This document shows, in pieces, positions 50,561 to 60,803 of a stretch of 64,000 bases of DNA. How positions within the stretch are numbered: position 1 is the stretch's first letter; every line of letters starts with the position of its first letter. This DNA comes from Promethearchaeota archaeon (lineage in GTDB: Archaea > Asgardarchaeota > Thorarchaeia > Thorarchaeales > Thorarchaeaceae), in NCBI GenBank assembly GCA_014728035.1, contig WJMJ01000079.1:1-64000 (forward strand), written 5' to 3'. Position numbers and translations under genes: made by a program. The notes under the pieces were generated by a model that worked only from the letters and a program-made list of their open reading frames with translations, did no database searches and was not told the origin of the DNA.

Positions 50561-50738
50561 TATGCTTCCTCCAGGGTCAATAAATCCGAAGCCTATTACC
50601 ACAGATTTAAACTTGTTGCTCCGCGAAAAATTGGTTTCAATTGACAAAAGATATAGGTAGTGGGTTGGTTTCTAACATATTATGGTGTAGATATGTTCTT
50701 ATATACGCCATTGGTAATGAGAGAAAATAACAACTGAG

Positions 50739-51464
50739 TTGGTATATATGGCAGAGGAAACTCTTAGCGAGGTAGCAGCATTACTTGAAGAAGCCTTAGC
50801 AGTTCATCATTCAGTTGAACACGTTGTTCTTAGCACTAAGGAGGGTGTGGTAGTTGCCGCTGTTTCGCGAAAAGAGAATGCTGACCCAAATGTTATAGCT
50901 ACTGTTACTGCCGCTCTGGTATGGGGTGGAAGTACTACTCTTGTCCAACTTGGTCAAGTGAAACCTTTCTATATTTCTCATGTTACAACTAATCAGGAAA
51001 TCATTACATTTGTTCAACCTAACTATAACCTTGCTGTTGTTTTACTTCATGATAAATCGTTTACTCTAAAAGCTCATATCTCCGAATTTCAATCTTTAGC
51101 AACACGAATTGAATTGCTAATGCAATCTGCAGTAATTTTTGGAGAACAGACAATTCTTGGTAGAATTGTAGAACAAGTTCCAGATATTACTCAAGCTATG
51201 CTACTCACTCAGGAAGGACTGCCACTTGGTTCTGTTGGATTCGATGAAGATATTGAAGTTGCGGCTCTTGTCAGTTCTGTTTTCGCAAACGGTCTAACAT
51301 TTTCTCCTGACACATCTAACATCACGGTTCATACAACAAATATGACCTTACTAATTGCAAGACTCGATGAAACAAGATTGGTATGTATTCTTTGTAGGGG
51401 TCAGAATCCTGATGAGATATGTACTAACGTTTTGAGTGTTATTAGAGACTACAGTGAATATTAG
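50739..51464 (+). CDS. Tandem (double) roadblock/LC7 domain protein
   Basis: Two units: VVLSTKEGVVVAA...IATVTAAL and AMLLTQEGLPLGS...VAALVSSV. Confidence 0.78.
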   Translation: MVYMAEETLSEVAALLEEALAVHHSVEHVVLSTKEGVVVAAVSRKENADPNVIATVTAALVWGGSTTLVQLGQVKPFYISHVTTNQEIITFVQPNYNLAVVLLHDKSFTLKAHISEFQSLATRIELLMQSAVIFGEQTILGRIVEQVPDITQAMLLTQEGLPLGSVGFDEDIEVAALVSSVFANGLTFSPDTSNITVHTTNMTLLIARLDETRLVCILCRGQNPDEICTNVLSVIRDYSEY

Positions 51465-52195
51465 TTCTCGGCACTTGCTTTTTGCGCCTTTGTTTCATCA
51501 GAACTTATTTCTTGATCGGAATCATCATTCTCGATAAATTCAAAATCCCAGTCTTTCAGATTGATTGTAATGTAGCAATCTTCACCCTTATCTGGGCAGT
51601 CAATCCTTATAGTGACATGGTCAGATGTGGACTCTTTAATTTCGGGGTTTAGACATCCATCCTCAAGTTTTTCCATTAGAAAAATAACATAAGATCGGGT
51701 GATAGTGTTTAGACTTCCTTCTAAAATTGACTCACCCATCTCTGCTAAATAGTGCTTTTTCTTCCTTCCTTCTCTTTCAACACGAACAAGACCAACTTTT
51801 TCCATTCGTGTTACATGCCAGCGTACAGTATCATGATGAACCCCTATATTGTCTGCCATTTGTTCTTGGTAACATCCGGGATTGTTCACAATAAAAGAAA
51901 ATATCTGCTTTGCTGTATCACTGCGAAGTGATAAATACGCTTTTTCAGCTTCTTGTGAACGTAACATTTTCGGAAAATATATTCTTTTGCCAGCAAATTT
52001 TATCGAGTTTATTAGACCTTCTTTTTCTAAAATTCTAAGATGCCATGTTAGTGTTCCTAGTGGTGATTCCAACAAATCTACGAGTTCGAGAAGATATGTA
52101 CCTGGATTCTCACAAAGAACCGTGTAAAGGTCTCTCCGAAAGGGATGAAGAAGTAAAGCTAGGCGTTTTTGCCTTCCCATATTATTTCTCCTCAA
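51461..52195 (-). CDS. Double winged-helix transcriptional regulator
   Basis: Two wHTH units (ENPG...TLTWHLRILEKEGLI and NNPG...TVRWHVTRMEKVGLV). Confidence 0.85.
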   Translation of the reverse strand: MRRNNMGRQKRLALLLHPFRRDLYTVLCENPGTYLLELVDLLESPLGTLTWHLRILEKEGLINSIKFAGKRIYFPKMLRSQEAEKAYLSLRSDTAKQIFSFIVNNPGCYQEQMADNIGVHHDTVRWHVTRMEKVGLVRVEREGRKKKHYLAEMGESILEGSLNTITRSYVIFLMEKLEDGCLNPEIKESTSDHVTIRIDCPDKGEDCYITINLKDWDFEFIENDDSDQEISSDETKAQKASAEN

Positions 52196-52323
52196 AGCTC
52201 GCTATTCTTCATGAGTGATTTCAATGATAAAAGGTCTTCGACTTGGTACAAGTACTGGCCAACAGAACTCTTTATTTTGAACTATACCATGAAGAATTTG
52301 TAAATTTCAAAATGGGAGCGACT

Positions 52324-54156
52324 ATGTGCGGAATAACTGGTATTGTTACAAAGAATAGTGAAAACATCGGAGAATTATTGGTGAAATGTAGTAGAAAACT
52401 TACCTACCGCGGTTACGATTCAGTCGGGGTTGCGGCAGTTTTGGATAATACAGTTCATCTTAGAAAAGATGTTGGCACGATTGATGACGTTGATGCACGA
52501 TTGAAATTATCTGAGATGCAAGGGGATCGAGGTATTGCTCAACTCAGATGGGCAACATATGGAGCTCCCACAAAAATAAATGCTCAACCCCATTTTGGTT
52601 GCGAACCAATTTTCTACGGTGCACATAACGGAAATATCCATAATTATGCAGAATATCGTCAAGAGCTCATCGATGCTGGACATATTGTACGTTCTGAAAA
52701 TGATGGTGAATTATGTGTTCATGCAGTAGACAAATACTTCGAGCAAACTGGTGATATGTTTGAAGCCGTGCGAAAATCAATTAATGACCTTCAAGGTGCA
52801 TTTGCCTTTGCTATCGGGCGTGCTGATGAACAAGAGATTTACGCAGTAAAGATGGGTTCTTCATTAGTAGCTGGAATTAGTTCTGAAGAAACCATTGTTT
52901 CTAGTGATTTACCATCTATCCTTCCAATTACTAATCAAGTTATATACCTTCGAGACGGTGAGATGGTCCGTCTAAGGCCGTCTGAGGTTGATGTTTTTCG
53001 TATTGAGGATGGGAAAAAACTTGATCGCCCAACAGAAACAACGGACATAGATGAAAGAGCAGCAGAAAAGGGAGGATATCCCCATTTCATGCTAAAAGAA
53101 ATCCATGAACAACCCATGGTAGCTCAAGATGTTGTTGGAGTCCTTGAAGGAAAAGAATGCGAAGACTGGCTGAAGTTAATTGAAGAATCTTCACGACAAT
53201 ATTTAGTAGCATGTGGTTCTTCACACAATGCTGGAATTGTAGGTACATATTATTTTAATCATTATGCTGGAATACCTCTTATTCCGGCAATAGGAGGGCA
53301 ATTTCTACCTATGTATTCGAATACATTGGATGAAGACAGCCTCTGTATACTGGTATCCCAAAGTGGTGAAACAAAGGATATTATGAATGTACTCAATCTC
53401 GTCGAAGAGAATAATTTTGGAAATACTCTTGGTATAGTAAACGTCATTGGTAGTACCCTCATGTTCAATGCTGACTCCTATATCCCCATGGCTTGCGGAT
53501 ATGAGATTAGTGTGCCTGCAACAAAAACATACTTCTCCCAGACAATTATCTTCGCTTATCTAGCGGCAAAGTTAGGGGAGCGAAATGGAAATCTGGATAA
53601 GAGTGAAGCAAAGACTATCCTAAAACATCTCAGCGAAGACTTACCAAAATACACCCAAACCACAATTGATAGAACTGATATACTTGCAAAGAATTTAGCT
53701 AGGACATTGATGGATGTAAAAGACCTCTATTGTCTGGGATACGGATTTACTGATGGTGTTGCAAGAGAAGGTGCACTGAAAATCAAGGAGATTTGTTATA
53801 ATCATTGTGAAGGGATGTATTCGTCAGAATTCAAGCATGGTCCATTGAGTATTGTCACTGAAAATTACCCTGTGATTTTTGTAACCACTCCCGAAGATTC
53901 TTGGATGGTAATTAATCACATAAACGAAGTCAAAGCAAGACATGGAAGAATTATAGCTGTAGGAGAGAGGGAAGAAAAAGTAGAAGCATACCTTTCTTCT
54001 CCGATGGATTATCTTGAGGTGCCAAAAGCTCCTCTTGTACTAAATCCAATACTTGACGTGATTCCTCTTCAATTATTGAGCTACTATCTTTCAGTGGATT
54101 TAGGAATAAATCCAGATCTTCCAAGAAATCTATCAAAAACCTTGACAGTTGACTAA
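52324..54156 (+). CDS. glmS: Glutamine--fructose-6-phosphate aminotransferase
   Basis: MCGI start at 52324, RGYDS, RWAT, HNG, SQSGET, EGALKIKE and PRNLSKTLTVD. Confidence 0.96.
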   Translation: MCGITGIVTKNSENIGELLVKCSRKLTYRGYDSVGVAAVLDNTVHLRKDVGTIDDVDARLKLSEMQGDRGIAQLRWATYGAPTKINAQPHFGCEPIFYGAHNGNIHNYAEYRQELIDAGHIVRSENDGELCVHAVDKYFEQTGDMFEAVRKSINDLQGAFAFAIGRADEQEIYAVKMGSSLVAGISSEETIVSSDLPSILPITNQVIYLRDGEMVRLRPSEVDVFRIEDGKKLDRPTETTDIDERAAEKGGYPHFMLKEIHEQPMVAQDVVGVLEGKECEDWLKLIEESSRQYLVACGSSHNAGIVGTYYFNHYAGIPLIPAIGGQFLPMYSNTLDEDSLCILVSQSGETKDIMNVLNLVEENNFGNTLGIVNVIGSTLMFNADSYIPMACGYEISVPATKTYFSQTIIFAYLAAKLGERNGNLDKSEAKTILKHLSEDLPKYTQTTIDRTDILAKNLARTLMDVKDLYCLGYGFTDGVAREGALKIKEICYNHCEGMYSSEFKHGPLSIVTENYPVIFVTTPEDSWMVINHINEVKARHGRIIAVGEREEKVEAYLSSPMDYLEVPKAPLVLNPILDVIPLQLLSYYLSVDLGINPDLPRNLSKTLTVD

Positions 54157-54539
54157 TCCTGGTCTCCAGTTTCACCAATACGAATAGCTCTCATAGCGGG
54201 GTCTGTAACATTTCCGGAGTCAAATCCTTCTCGGATGTCTACTATGTCTTCGTTAGACATTTCGAAAATACCAAGCAGCTCATTATGGTCCGCAAGTGCC
54301 CACTGTCCATAGATGGACACACCATCGTTTGAATGACATTCCAATAGTCCAATAGTACCTGCACTTGACCACCAATTCACGCAGTCGGTAGTTATACTGT
54401 TTTGGGTAAGAAGGGCAATCCATAATTTTTTGAGTTTTGTCGGCCCATACTTCTGCCTAAATGTAATCAAAATATTCTCTCTAGCTTTTGAGAGAGCTTC
54501 AATAATTCGAGAAATTTCATTATCAGTGAATAAAGTCAT
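54153..54539 (-). CDS. Hypothetical protein
   Basis: ATG 54539 follows GGAGGA. No family recognised. Confidence 0.55.
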   Translation of the reverse strand: MTLFTDNEISRIIEALSKARENILITFRQKYGPTKLKKLWIALLTQNSITTDCVNWWSSAGTIGLLECHSNDGVSIYGQWALADHNELLGIFEMSNEDIVDIREGFDSGNVTDPAMRAIRIGETGDQD

Positions 54540-54639
54540 AGAATCCTCCTGAAGAATCATCGTTCTAATGTTAAAAGGTGTATGAAATAGCACGCTATGA
54601 ATAAAAGTGAATGATATGTTGTGTATCTGAGGCAAAATA

Positions 54640-55536
54640 ATGACTCGTTCTCGTATTGGGCTTTTCTCGTCGGATCCGTGGTCAAAACGTGTCGAAACAC
54701 TTTCGCAAGCTCTTTCAAATTTGGCAGTTGAGATTATTCATGTTATCCCTTGGAAAGTTGCAAGAGTTGGATCCACAAAACACCATCTGATTCATTCTGG
54801 AGGTGTAGATCTTTCCACACTCGATACAATGTTCGTTCTCGACTTGGGGGCGAATGATATTGGTGCATTTTTCAATCGGATTGGATTACTATCTGCCCTT
54901 ACCGAGATGGGTGTGCGAATAATTAATTCTGTTTCATCAATACTTCTAATGAGAAATAAATCAGAGTCCATGAGAAAGTTGATTTCTGCAAAACTCCCTG
55001 TTCCAAAAACTCTGATTACGGAATCGATTGATGACGCTGCTAGATTTGTTAGAGAAAATTTTCCATGTGTGCTTAAACCAATTACGGGATTCGGTGGTTT
55101 AGGAGTCCAATTAATCGAACGAGATTTTGACTTAGAGCATGTCTATGATTATCTGAAATTTCATTCTCAGATGTTTGGCAAAGGAGCTTATATTCTACAG
55201 GAATATGTTAGAGGTCCTGGATTTGATATCCGGGCATTAGTACTCGATTCGGAAGTAATTGCTACAATGCAGCGCGTTAGTACTGGTGGGATTGTCACAA
55301 ACATTCATGCAGGAGGTACCCCTCGTCCAAATACGGTAGATGTATCTGATCTTGCTATTACTGCGGCAAAATCGGTCAAAGGGTCGTTTGTCGGAGTTGA
55401 TATCATTCCTGATGAAGATGGTAACCCTTGGGTGTTAGAAGTGAATGCTACTCCAGGATGGACTGGTATTCAGAAGGTTACAAACCTCAACATATCTGAG
55501 TGTATTGCTGAATGGCTAGTAGACCAATCTGTCTAA
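54640..55536 (+). CDS. RimK-family ATP-grasp alpha-L-glutamate ligase
   Basis: RNK, LKPITGFGGLG, QEYV, DIR, TNIHAGG, GVDI and EVNATP. Confidence 0.88.
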   Translation: MTRSRIGLFSSDPWSKRVETLSQALSNLAVEIIHVIPWKVARVGSTKHHLIHSGGVDLSTLDTMFVLDLGANDIGAFFNRIGLLSALTEMGVRIINSVSSILLMRNKSESMRKLISAKLPVPKTLITESIDDAARFVRENFPCVLKPITGFGGLGVQLIERDFDLEHVYDYLKFHSQMFGKGAYILQEYVRGPGFDIRALVLDSEVIATMQRVSTGGIVTNIHAGGTPRPNTVDVSDLAITAAKSVKGSFVGVDIIPDEDGNPWVLEVNATPGWTGIQKVTNLNISECIAEWLVDQSV

Positions 55537-55542
55537 TTACAA

Positions 55543-57183
55543 TCATTCACGTTTAGAAAGTTTATCAGCTCCTAGCCAAAGCATACAAATACCAAAAATC
55601 GGAAGTGCCCACATACTAACCAACAATGAAAGGGCTAAATTAGAATAGACTAATTCTATGTATGAAGCTATAATAATAGCACCTGTGATTCCTAACATGT
55701 TTAGGAAAAGTGACATCAATGAATTCAATTTGAAAGATGAACTCTGTTGATTCTCATAGGTTGGATTCAATGCTGTAATTCCAATTCCTAAAATCGTTCC
55801 TCCAGTGGCTGTAACGAAGATATTGATACAAACCAGAACTGATACAATAAATGAAAAACCAAATAACAATGATGTGATTATCCCTGGTAGTAATGAAACA
55901 GGTATCATTATGATTATTGCTCCGATGCTTCTTGCCCTGATAAATTTCTTTGAACCATTTGGTGATGATTTTAGAATCCAAAGATGATCTTTAGACTCAA
56001 TGAAACCGACCCCACCAATTGTTATTGCAGATATCATTGCTAATGACATATTTACTGTCATTGCCAATATAATAACAATAGAATTCTGAAATTCCATTTC
56101 AGAAAAGAATTCCATATTTAGAAGAAATGGCAGTAGGATTGCAATGAACATTCCGTAAAGAAGTCGAGATATATTATGCGCTTTTCTACCAAAATCTTTG
56201 AGCGCTGTAACTAACAATATACCACCTGCACTTGGATAAATTCTTCTAATCGTCTTGATGAAGATATTCTCTTTTCCAACTGTTACAATTGATTCTGATG
56301 TCAAATCCGATTCAAGTCTAAATATCCGATCAGCACTCATTACCCCTCCAAATACTGACACAATAAAATATATACCAAACAAGATGAGACTAGGCAGAAT
56401 TGTTGACTGTATCATGTTACTCACAGAAATGATGAGTGGATCGTTTATTGGTAATCCAGAGAAGAATAATGTTAGACCTGTTATTACATCAGCTCCCCAT
56501 GTAGCTGGCAAAACCAAAAAGATGTCCAGTCCCATTATAGCTGCCATTTGTGGTGCAAAATACATGAGTCCATATAACGGCAAAAGGAAAAGTAAAACAA
56601 AAATCATACTGAATGCTTTTGCTATATCATCTCCACGTTCAGAATTTCCTAGTTTTGATTGAATTGCGGTGCTGATGACTACTGCTAACCAAAGGGTGGT
56701 CATTGCAAAAAAGAAGATTGTCAGATATATCATTAGACTTCCAATGAATGTGACATGATATACTAGTATGAATGGTGATAGAAAGATTGGTGCAATCATT
56801 AAAGTAAGTATAAGGTAACTAGGTACTTTTCCAATAAACGTACCCAATAATATTTCTCTTGTGGTAACATTGTTGCTAAGCATAATTTCCCATTGTCCGA
56901 TTTTGATGTTTCTGACTGCATATATGATTGGATAGACTAGAAGCATCATCCAGAGTAGGAATATCACTGACCTCATAGCTCCTGGAAATGCAATCATTAA
57001 CAGTCCTTCTACATTTCCAGGTAGTAGTAGAATAATTATCGATTCAATATAGGGAACAATTTGAAATGCCCAAAAAATAGCAAAGATGGAAATAAATCCA
57101 ACCAATGGTTTTCTAAATCCTCTAAATTTTGAGGTTTGGACTAGAAACTCTGCTTTTGCAATTGCTTGCCAATTGCTTGCCAT
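55543..57183 (-). CDS. ABC exporter permease with duplicated membrane domains
   Basis: About 12-14 TM helices and WILKSSP. Lies just downstream of an ABC ATPase. Confidence 0.78.
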   Translation of the reverse strand: MASNWQAIAKAEFLVQTSKFRGFRKPLVGFISIFAIFWAFQIVPYIESIIILLLPGNVEGLLMIAFPGAMRSVIFLLWMMLLVYPIIYAVRNIKIGQWEIMLSNNVTTREILLGTFIGKVPSYLILTLMIAPIFLSPFILVYHVTFIGSLMIYLTIFFFAMTTLWLAVVISTAIQSKLGNSERGDDIAKAFSMIFVLLFLLPLYGLMYFAPQMAAIMGLDIFLVLPATWGADVITGLTLFFSGLPINDPLIISVSNMIQSTILPSLILFGIYFIVSVFGGVMSADRIFRLESDLTSESIVTVGKENIFIKTIRRIYPSAGGILLVTALKDFGRKAHNISRLLYGMFIAILLPFLLNMEFFSEMEFQNSIVIILAMTVNMSLAMISAITIGGVGFIESKDHLWILKSSPNGSKKFIRARSIGAIIIMIPVSLLPGIITSLLFGFSFIVSVLVCINIFVTATGGTILGIGITALNPTYENQQSSSFKLNSLMSLFLNMLGITGAIIIASYIELVYSNLALSLLVSMWALPIFGICMLWLGADKLSKRE

Positions 57184-57185
57184 CA

Positions 57186-57974
57186 CTAACTCCTCCAACG
57201 AAGCAAATCTTCTTTGTTTACCTTACTTCCAACAATTTTTAGATATGCATCTTGAAGATTATCTCCTCCCACTTTATCTACCACTTCTTGAGGTGTTCCA
57301 TAGGTTGTAAGAGTACCATTTGATATAATTCCAATAACATCACAGATATCTTCTGCTAAATCTGTCATATGTGTGCATATGAAAAAGGTAGTGTCTGTTT
57401 TTTCTGCCATGGCTCGAATGATCTCTTTTACTAAAGCACTTGCTGCTGGGTCTAATCTTGAAGTCGGTTCATCCAAAAAGACCAGCTGCGGATCATGCAA
57501 AATTGTTGAAGCAACCAATACTTTCTGTTTCATACCAGAACTATAACTCTCAAGCAGGTCATGCTGTCTACCTTCAAGACCTAGTAACAACAAGAGTTTT
57601 TCAATCCGTTTTAACAATCTTTCTCCAACAAAATCATTGAGGGCTCCAATAAACTCAAGAAATTCTACCGCTGAGAGTTTAGAGTAAAGACCCGGAGATT
57701 CAGGTAATAGACCTGTGACTCTTTTGATCTCCTCTCGCTGAGTATATACATCGAATCCACATACTTTCGCTCGTCCATTCGTTGGTAGCAACAGCCCTGC
57801 TAACATTCTTACAGTCGTTGTTTTTCCTGCACCATTAGGTCCGAGATAACCAAATGTAGTCCCTTTTTTTACCTTTAATTCTAAATCTTTGACAGCTTGA
57901 ACTTTCCCAAAGTCCTTTGATAACCACTCTGTTTTGATATCGAAAACTTCTGTCATATTATCCCTTTCACTCAA
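57186..57974 (-). CDS. ABC transporter ATP-binding protein
   Basis: GPNGAGKTT, YSSGM, FLDEP and CTH. Confidence 0.93.
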   Translation of the reverse strand: MSERDNMTEVFDIKTEWLSKDFGKVQAVKDLELKVKKGTTFGYLGPNGAGKTTTVRMLAGLLLPTNGRAKVCGFDVYTQREEIKRVTGLLPESPGLYSKLSAVEFLEFIGALNDFVGERLLKRIEKLLLLLGLEGRQHDLLESYSSGMKQKVLVASTILHDPQLVFLDEPTSRLDPAASALVKEIIRAMAEKTDTTFFICTHMTDLAEDICDVIGIISNGTLTTYGTPQEVVDKVGGDNLQDAYLKIVGSKVNKEDLLRWRS

Positions 57975-58187
57975 GAAATTATGGTAAGTTAAGCTTTAGC
58001 ACGAAAATATGCATTTTTCAACACTTTTTTAGACTTTTCGAACAATTAACTACGCTCTTATCCAAAAAGATTTAAGAGGGTGCAAAGGCGACTGATTCAA
58101 GTCGGACTCGCAAAAACTGAAATGCGAGCATAACGGAACCCGCACTAGTAGATAGTGCCAGCAAAACAAGTTCTGAGGTACATATTA

Positions 58188-59129
58188 TTGACAGAAGCGG
58201 CTGAAACCACGTCAGAAGATATTGAGTTCCTTCGGGCCCAGCTACGGGAATTAAAATCCCAAGCTCGTGAAGAATTGGAACAGCTTCGTCGTGACAGAGA
58301 TAAAATGCGTGAATACAAGGGTATTCGCGATGAGCATAATAAAGAAGTTCGAAGTTTAATCGAATCTGTAAAAGCAGAGCGAGAAGAACGAGATCGAATA
58401 AATGAAGAAATAAGTGAAGCTAAGGGTAAGAGAACAGCAATTCATTCCCAGCTTAAAAGTGTCTATGATGAGATTCGTGAATTGAGAAGCAATCTTGTTG
58501 GTAGTCCTTCGACAGACCAGCGAAAACTGATGCGTAGGGTTGATGAACTCGAATGGAAACAACAGACTGAGCAGCTTACGATTGACGAAGAAAGATCTAT
58601 TGTAGAGGAAATTGCTAGAATTGAAGCAAAATTAGTCAAGATTGGTCAAGAAAAAGAAAAACAAGACCGAATCAGTGAATTGCGCAGGTTAGCCCGACGA
58701 TTAAAGGATGAAGCTAGTGAGGCCCATCAGAAAGTACTAGACTTGTCGGAGCAATCCCAAATTCATCATCAAGAAGTTGTGAGAATCCGACCCCAGCTAG
58801 AACAATATAAGAAATCCGCAGACACTGCACATCAGAACTTTGTTGAATGGCTTAAGAAAGTTAAAGCTGGAGAAGCTCAACTCAAAGAAATTCGTGGTAA
58901 GATTGATGAAATCTATGGAAAGCTTCGCAAACAAGATGCAGTTGGTCACCATGACCGGCGAGGCCGCCGAAGAAAACAGAAGATTCAGGAACAAGAACGC
59001 CGTGATGCTGCTCTTGAAAAACTTGAGGCTGGCAAACGACTCACATTTGATGAGTTTATTTTAGCACAACGTGCAGCGACGGATGATAAGAAGAAGGGTA
59101 AGAGTTCCGACGACGATGAAGAAGAGTAA
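58188..59129 (+). CDS. Archaeal coiled-coil protein (COG1340-like)
   Basis: RDEHN...ERD.IN, LEWKQQT..L..DEE, SQIHH, ADTAH and GKRLTFDE. Start placed at TTG 58188 after GAGGT; the ORF track start is 58155. Confidence 0.8.
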   Translation: MTEAAETTSEDIEFLRAQLRELKSQAREELEQLRRDRDKMREYKGIRDEHNKEVRSLIESVKAEREERDRINEEISEAKGKRTAIHSQLKSVYDEIRELRSNLVGSPSTDQRKLMRRVDELEWKQQTEQLTIDEERSIVEEIARIEAKLVKIGQEKEKQDRISELRRLARRLKDEASEAHQKVLDLSEQSQIHHQEVVRIRPQLEQYKKSADTAHQNFVEWLKKVKAGEAQLKEIRGKIDEIYGKLRKQDAVGHHDRRGRRRKQKIQEQERRDAALEKLEAGKRLTFDEFILAQRAATDDKKKGKSSDDDEEE

Positions 59130-59130
59130 A

Positions 59131-59160
59131 TGAGGTCATTTTGACCTCACACTCTCTTTT
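59131..59160 (+). terminator. Hairpin plus pyrimidine tract
   Basis: tgaggtca-ttt-tgacctca followed by ctctctttt. Confidence 0.6.
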
Positions 59161-59176
59161 CTAGGGGGTCATATTT

Positions 59177-60436
59177 TTGAGTAGTGTGAGAGAGAGACCT
59201 GTAAGTAAAAGGTCTGCTTTTCGTATTTTTTACATTTTGGCTATCGGGTCAGGCGTCATGAGAACATTTTCTGTTGCCTTTGATGTGGTAGCCCTTAATA
59301 CTATGTTTTCAGACCCCCTTGCCTTTGGATTTGTATCACAATGGGTTAGTATCTTAGTCACATTCTTTCTAGTTCTGGTTTTGAGTTTCCCCAAAAAAGT
59401 AAATGGCAAAAAGCGATCCTTGGGCTTCTCCGTTGACCCCGATTTCGGTAGAATTTCGCTATTACCTCGGAAACCGATGTTGTATATTATACTCGCTGGA
59501 ATTTTTGCAGGGATCTCTACATATTCGTACTATCTACTGGTGGGTGCAAGTGATGCATCTACAATGCTACCGTATGGGCAACTTGTAATCATCTATCTAC
59601 TTCTGGGTGACTTATTTGCAGAAAAAGATACACCAACAGTAATTGAAATCCAATGTATAATTTCCATTATGCTTGGAGTCTTGTTAGTTGGTGTGACTCC
59701 TGGTGGTTTCGATTTACCTACTCTGTTTATCGTTCTTGTACCAATGAATATTTCTTCAGGGCTAGTGACATTTTACCAGAGAAAGACAAAACGGTATGAG
59801 ATATCACCTGGGCTACGTGTTGATTCGATTAATATGCGTCTCTGGACTCTATTGTTTCTGAATATCACTTACAGTATTTTTGCCATTCCGACCATTCCAA
59901 TCGGGGCTTGGAGTCTAATGGCTGATACATTCAGTTCCACCTTCTGGTTTATGGTTGGATCTTCATTGACGACGTTTTTTGCTTTGGTAATGTATGTACG
60001 TGCATTAGGCCGAGGTACAATGGCTGTAGTTAATTCTCTATCATCCGTTTCTGTCGTGCTTGGCATCCCTCTTACTTTGATTGGAAACCTTTTCGTACCT
60101 GGTGCGTTCGGCACTATCGATGCTGATGCATTCCTTTGGACTATCAAGATATTTGGCGTTATTCTTGTGATGATTGGTGTAGTAGCGTTAGAAGCATCTG
60201 ATGTTCGAGCTATTGTACTTGTTAGAGTGAAACCACAGACTGGAGATATTTTATCAGAGCTGTATGATATCAAAGGCATTCAGCGAGCAGCGGCTATAGC
60301 GGGCACCTATGATTATCTACTCACAGTTAAAAGTAGAAGTCTTGCAAAGACCAGAACGGGAATACTGAAGAAAGTTCAAGCAATACCTGAAGTATACGAT
60401 GTAGAAACCCTAGTAATCTTGAAGGAACACAGATAA
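59177..60436 (+). CDS. DMT/EamA-like membrane protein fused to a C-terminal Lrp/AsnC ligand-binding (RAM) domain
   Basis: About 10 TM helices, then AIVLVRVK...IAGTYDYLLTV...IPEVYDVETLV. Confidence 0.75.
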   Translation: MSSVRERPVSKRSAFRIFYILAIGSGVMRTFSVAFDVVALNTMFSDPLAFGFVSQWVSILVTFFLVLVLSFPKKVNGKKRSLGFSVDPDFGRISLLPRKPMLYIILAGIFAGISTYSYYLLVGASDASTMLPYGQLVIIYLLLGDLFAEKDTPTVIEIQCIISIMLGVLLVGVTPGGFDLPTLFIVLVPMNISSGLVTFYQRKTKRYEISPGLRVDSINMRLWTLLFLNITYSIFAIPTIPIGAWSLMADTFSSTFWFMVGSSLTTFFALVMYVRALGRGTMAVVNSLSSVSVVLGIPLTLIGNLFVPGAFGTIDADAFLWTIKIFGVILVMIGVVALEASDVRAIVLVRVKPQTGDILSELYDIKGIQRAAAIAGTYDYLLTVKSRSLAKTRTGILKKVQAIPEVYDVETLVILKEHR

Positions 60437-60452
60437 CAAAGGAGGATATGAA

Positions 60453-60701
60453 ATGACAAAAAATGTACAAGCTTACATTCTGATGGATATCGAACTGGGA
60501 AAGACAGACTCTGTAGTTGACAAATTACGAAGTATTGATGAAGCAATCAGAGTGTCAATTACTACAGGAATCTTTGATGTGATTGTTCTGATTGAGGTTC
60601 CTGACTTAGAAGCACTCTATGACATTACAGTCCATAAGATTCATACTATTCCAGGAATCAAACAGACTACCACGGCTGTTATTGAAAAGATGATTGAGTG
60701 A
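60453..60701 (+). CDS. Stand-alone Lrp/AsnC ligand-binding (RAM) domain protein
   Basis: AYILMDIE.G...TTGIFDVIVLIE...IPGIKQTTT, with no HTH. Confidence 0.88.
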   Translation: MTKNVQAYILMDIELGKTDSVVDKLRSIDEAIRVSITTGIFDVIVLIEVPDLEALYDITVHKIHTIPGIKQTTTAVIEKMIE

Positions 60702-60803
60702 ATATTCCCAATATCTATACTTATTAGCACACTAGATAGGTTCATGGCTGTCAAAATATGATGCTATAATTTGATTGTATTTTGATAATAAAACCATGGT
60801 AAG

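Noticed and set aside
50575-50602. C(UUCG)G hairpin upstream of the BMP gene as a possible riboswitch
   Set aside because: The stem is weak and bulged, and the nearby TTTAAA box would place the TSS within it.
52243-52323. N-terminal extension of GlmS given by the ORF track
   Set aside because: GlmS needs Cys at position 2, so the start is ATG 52324.
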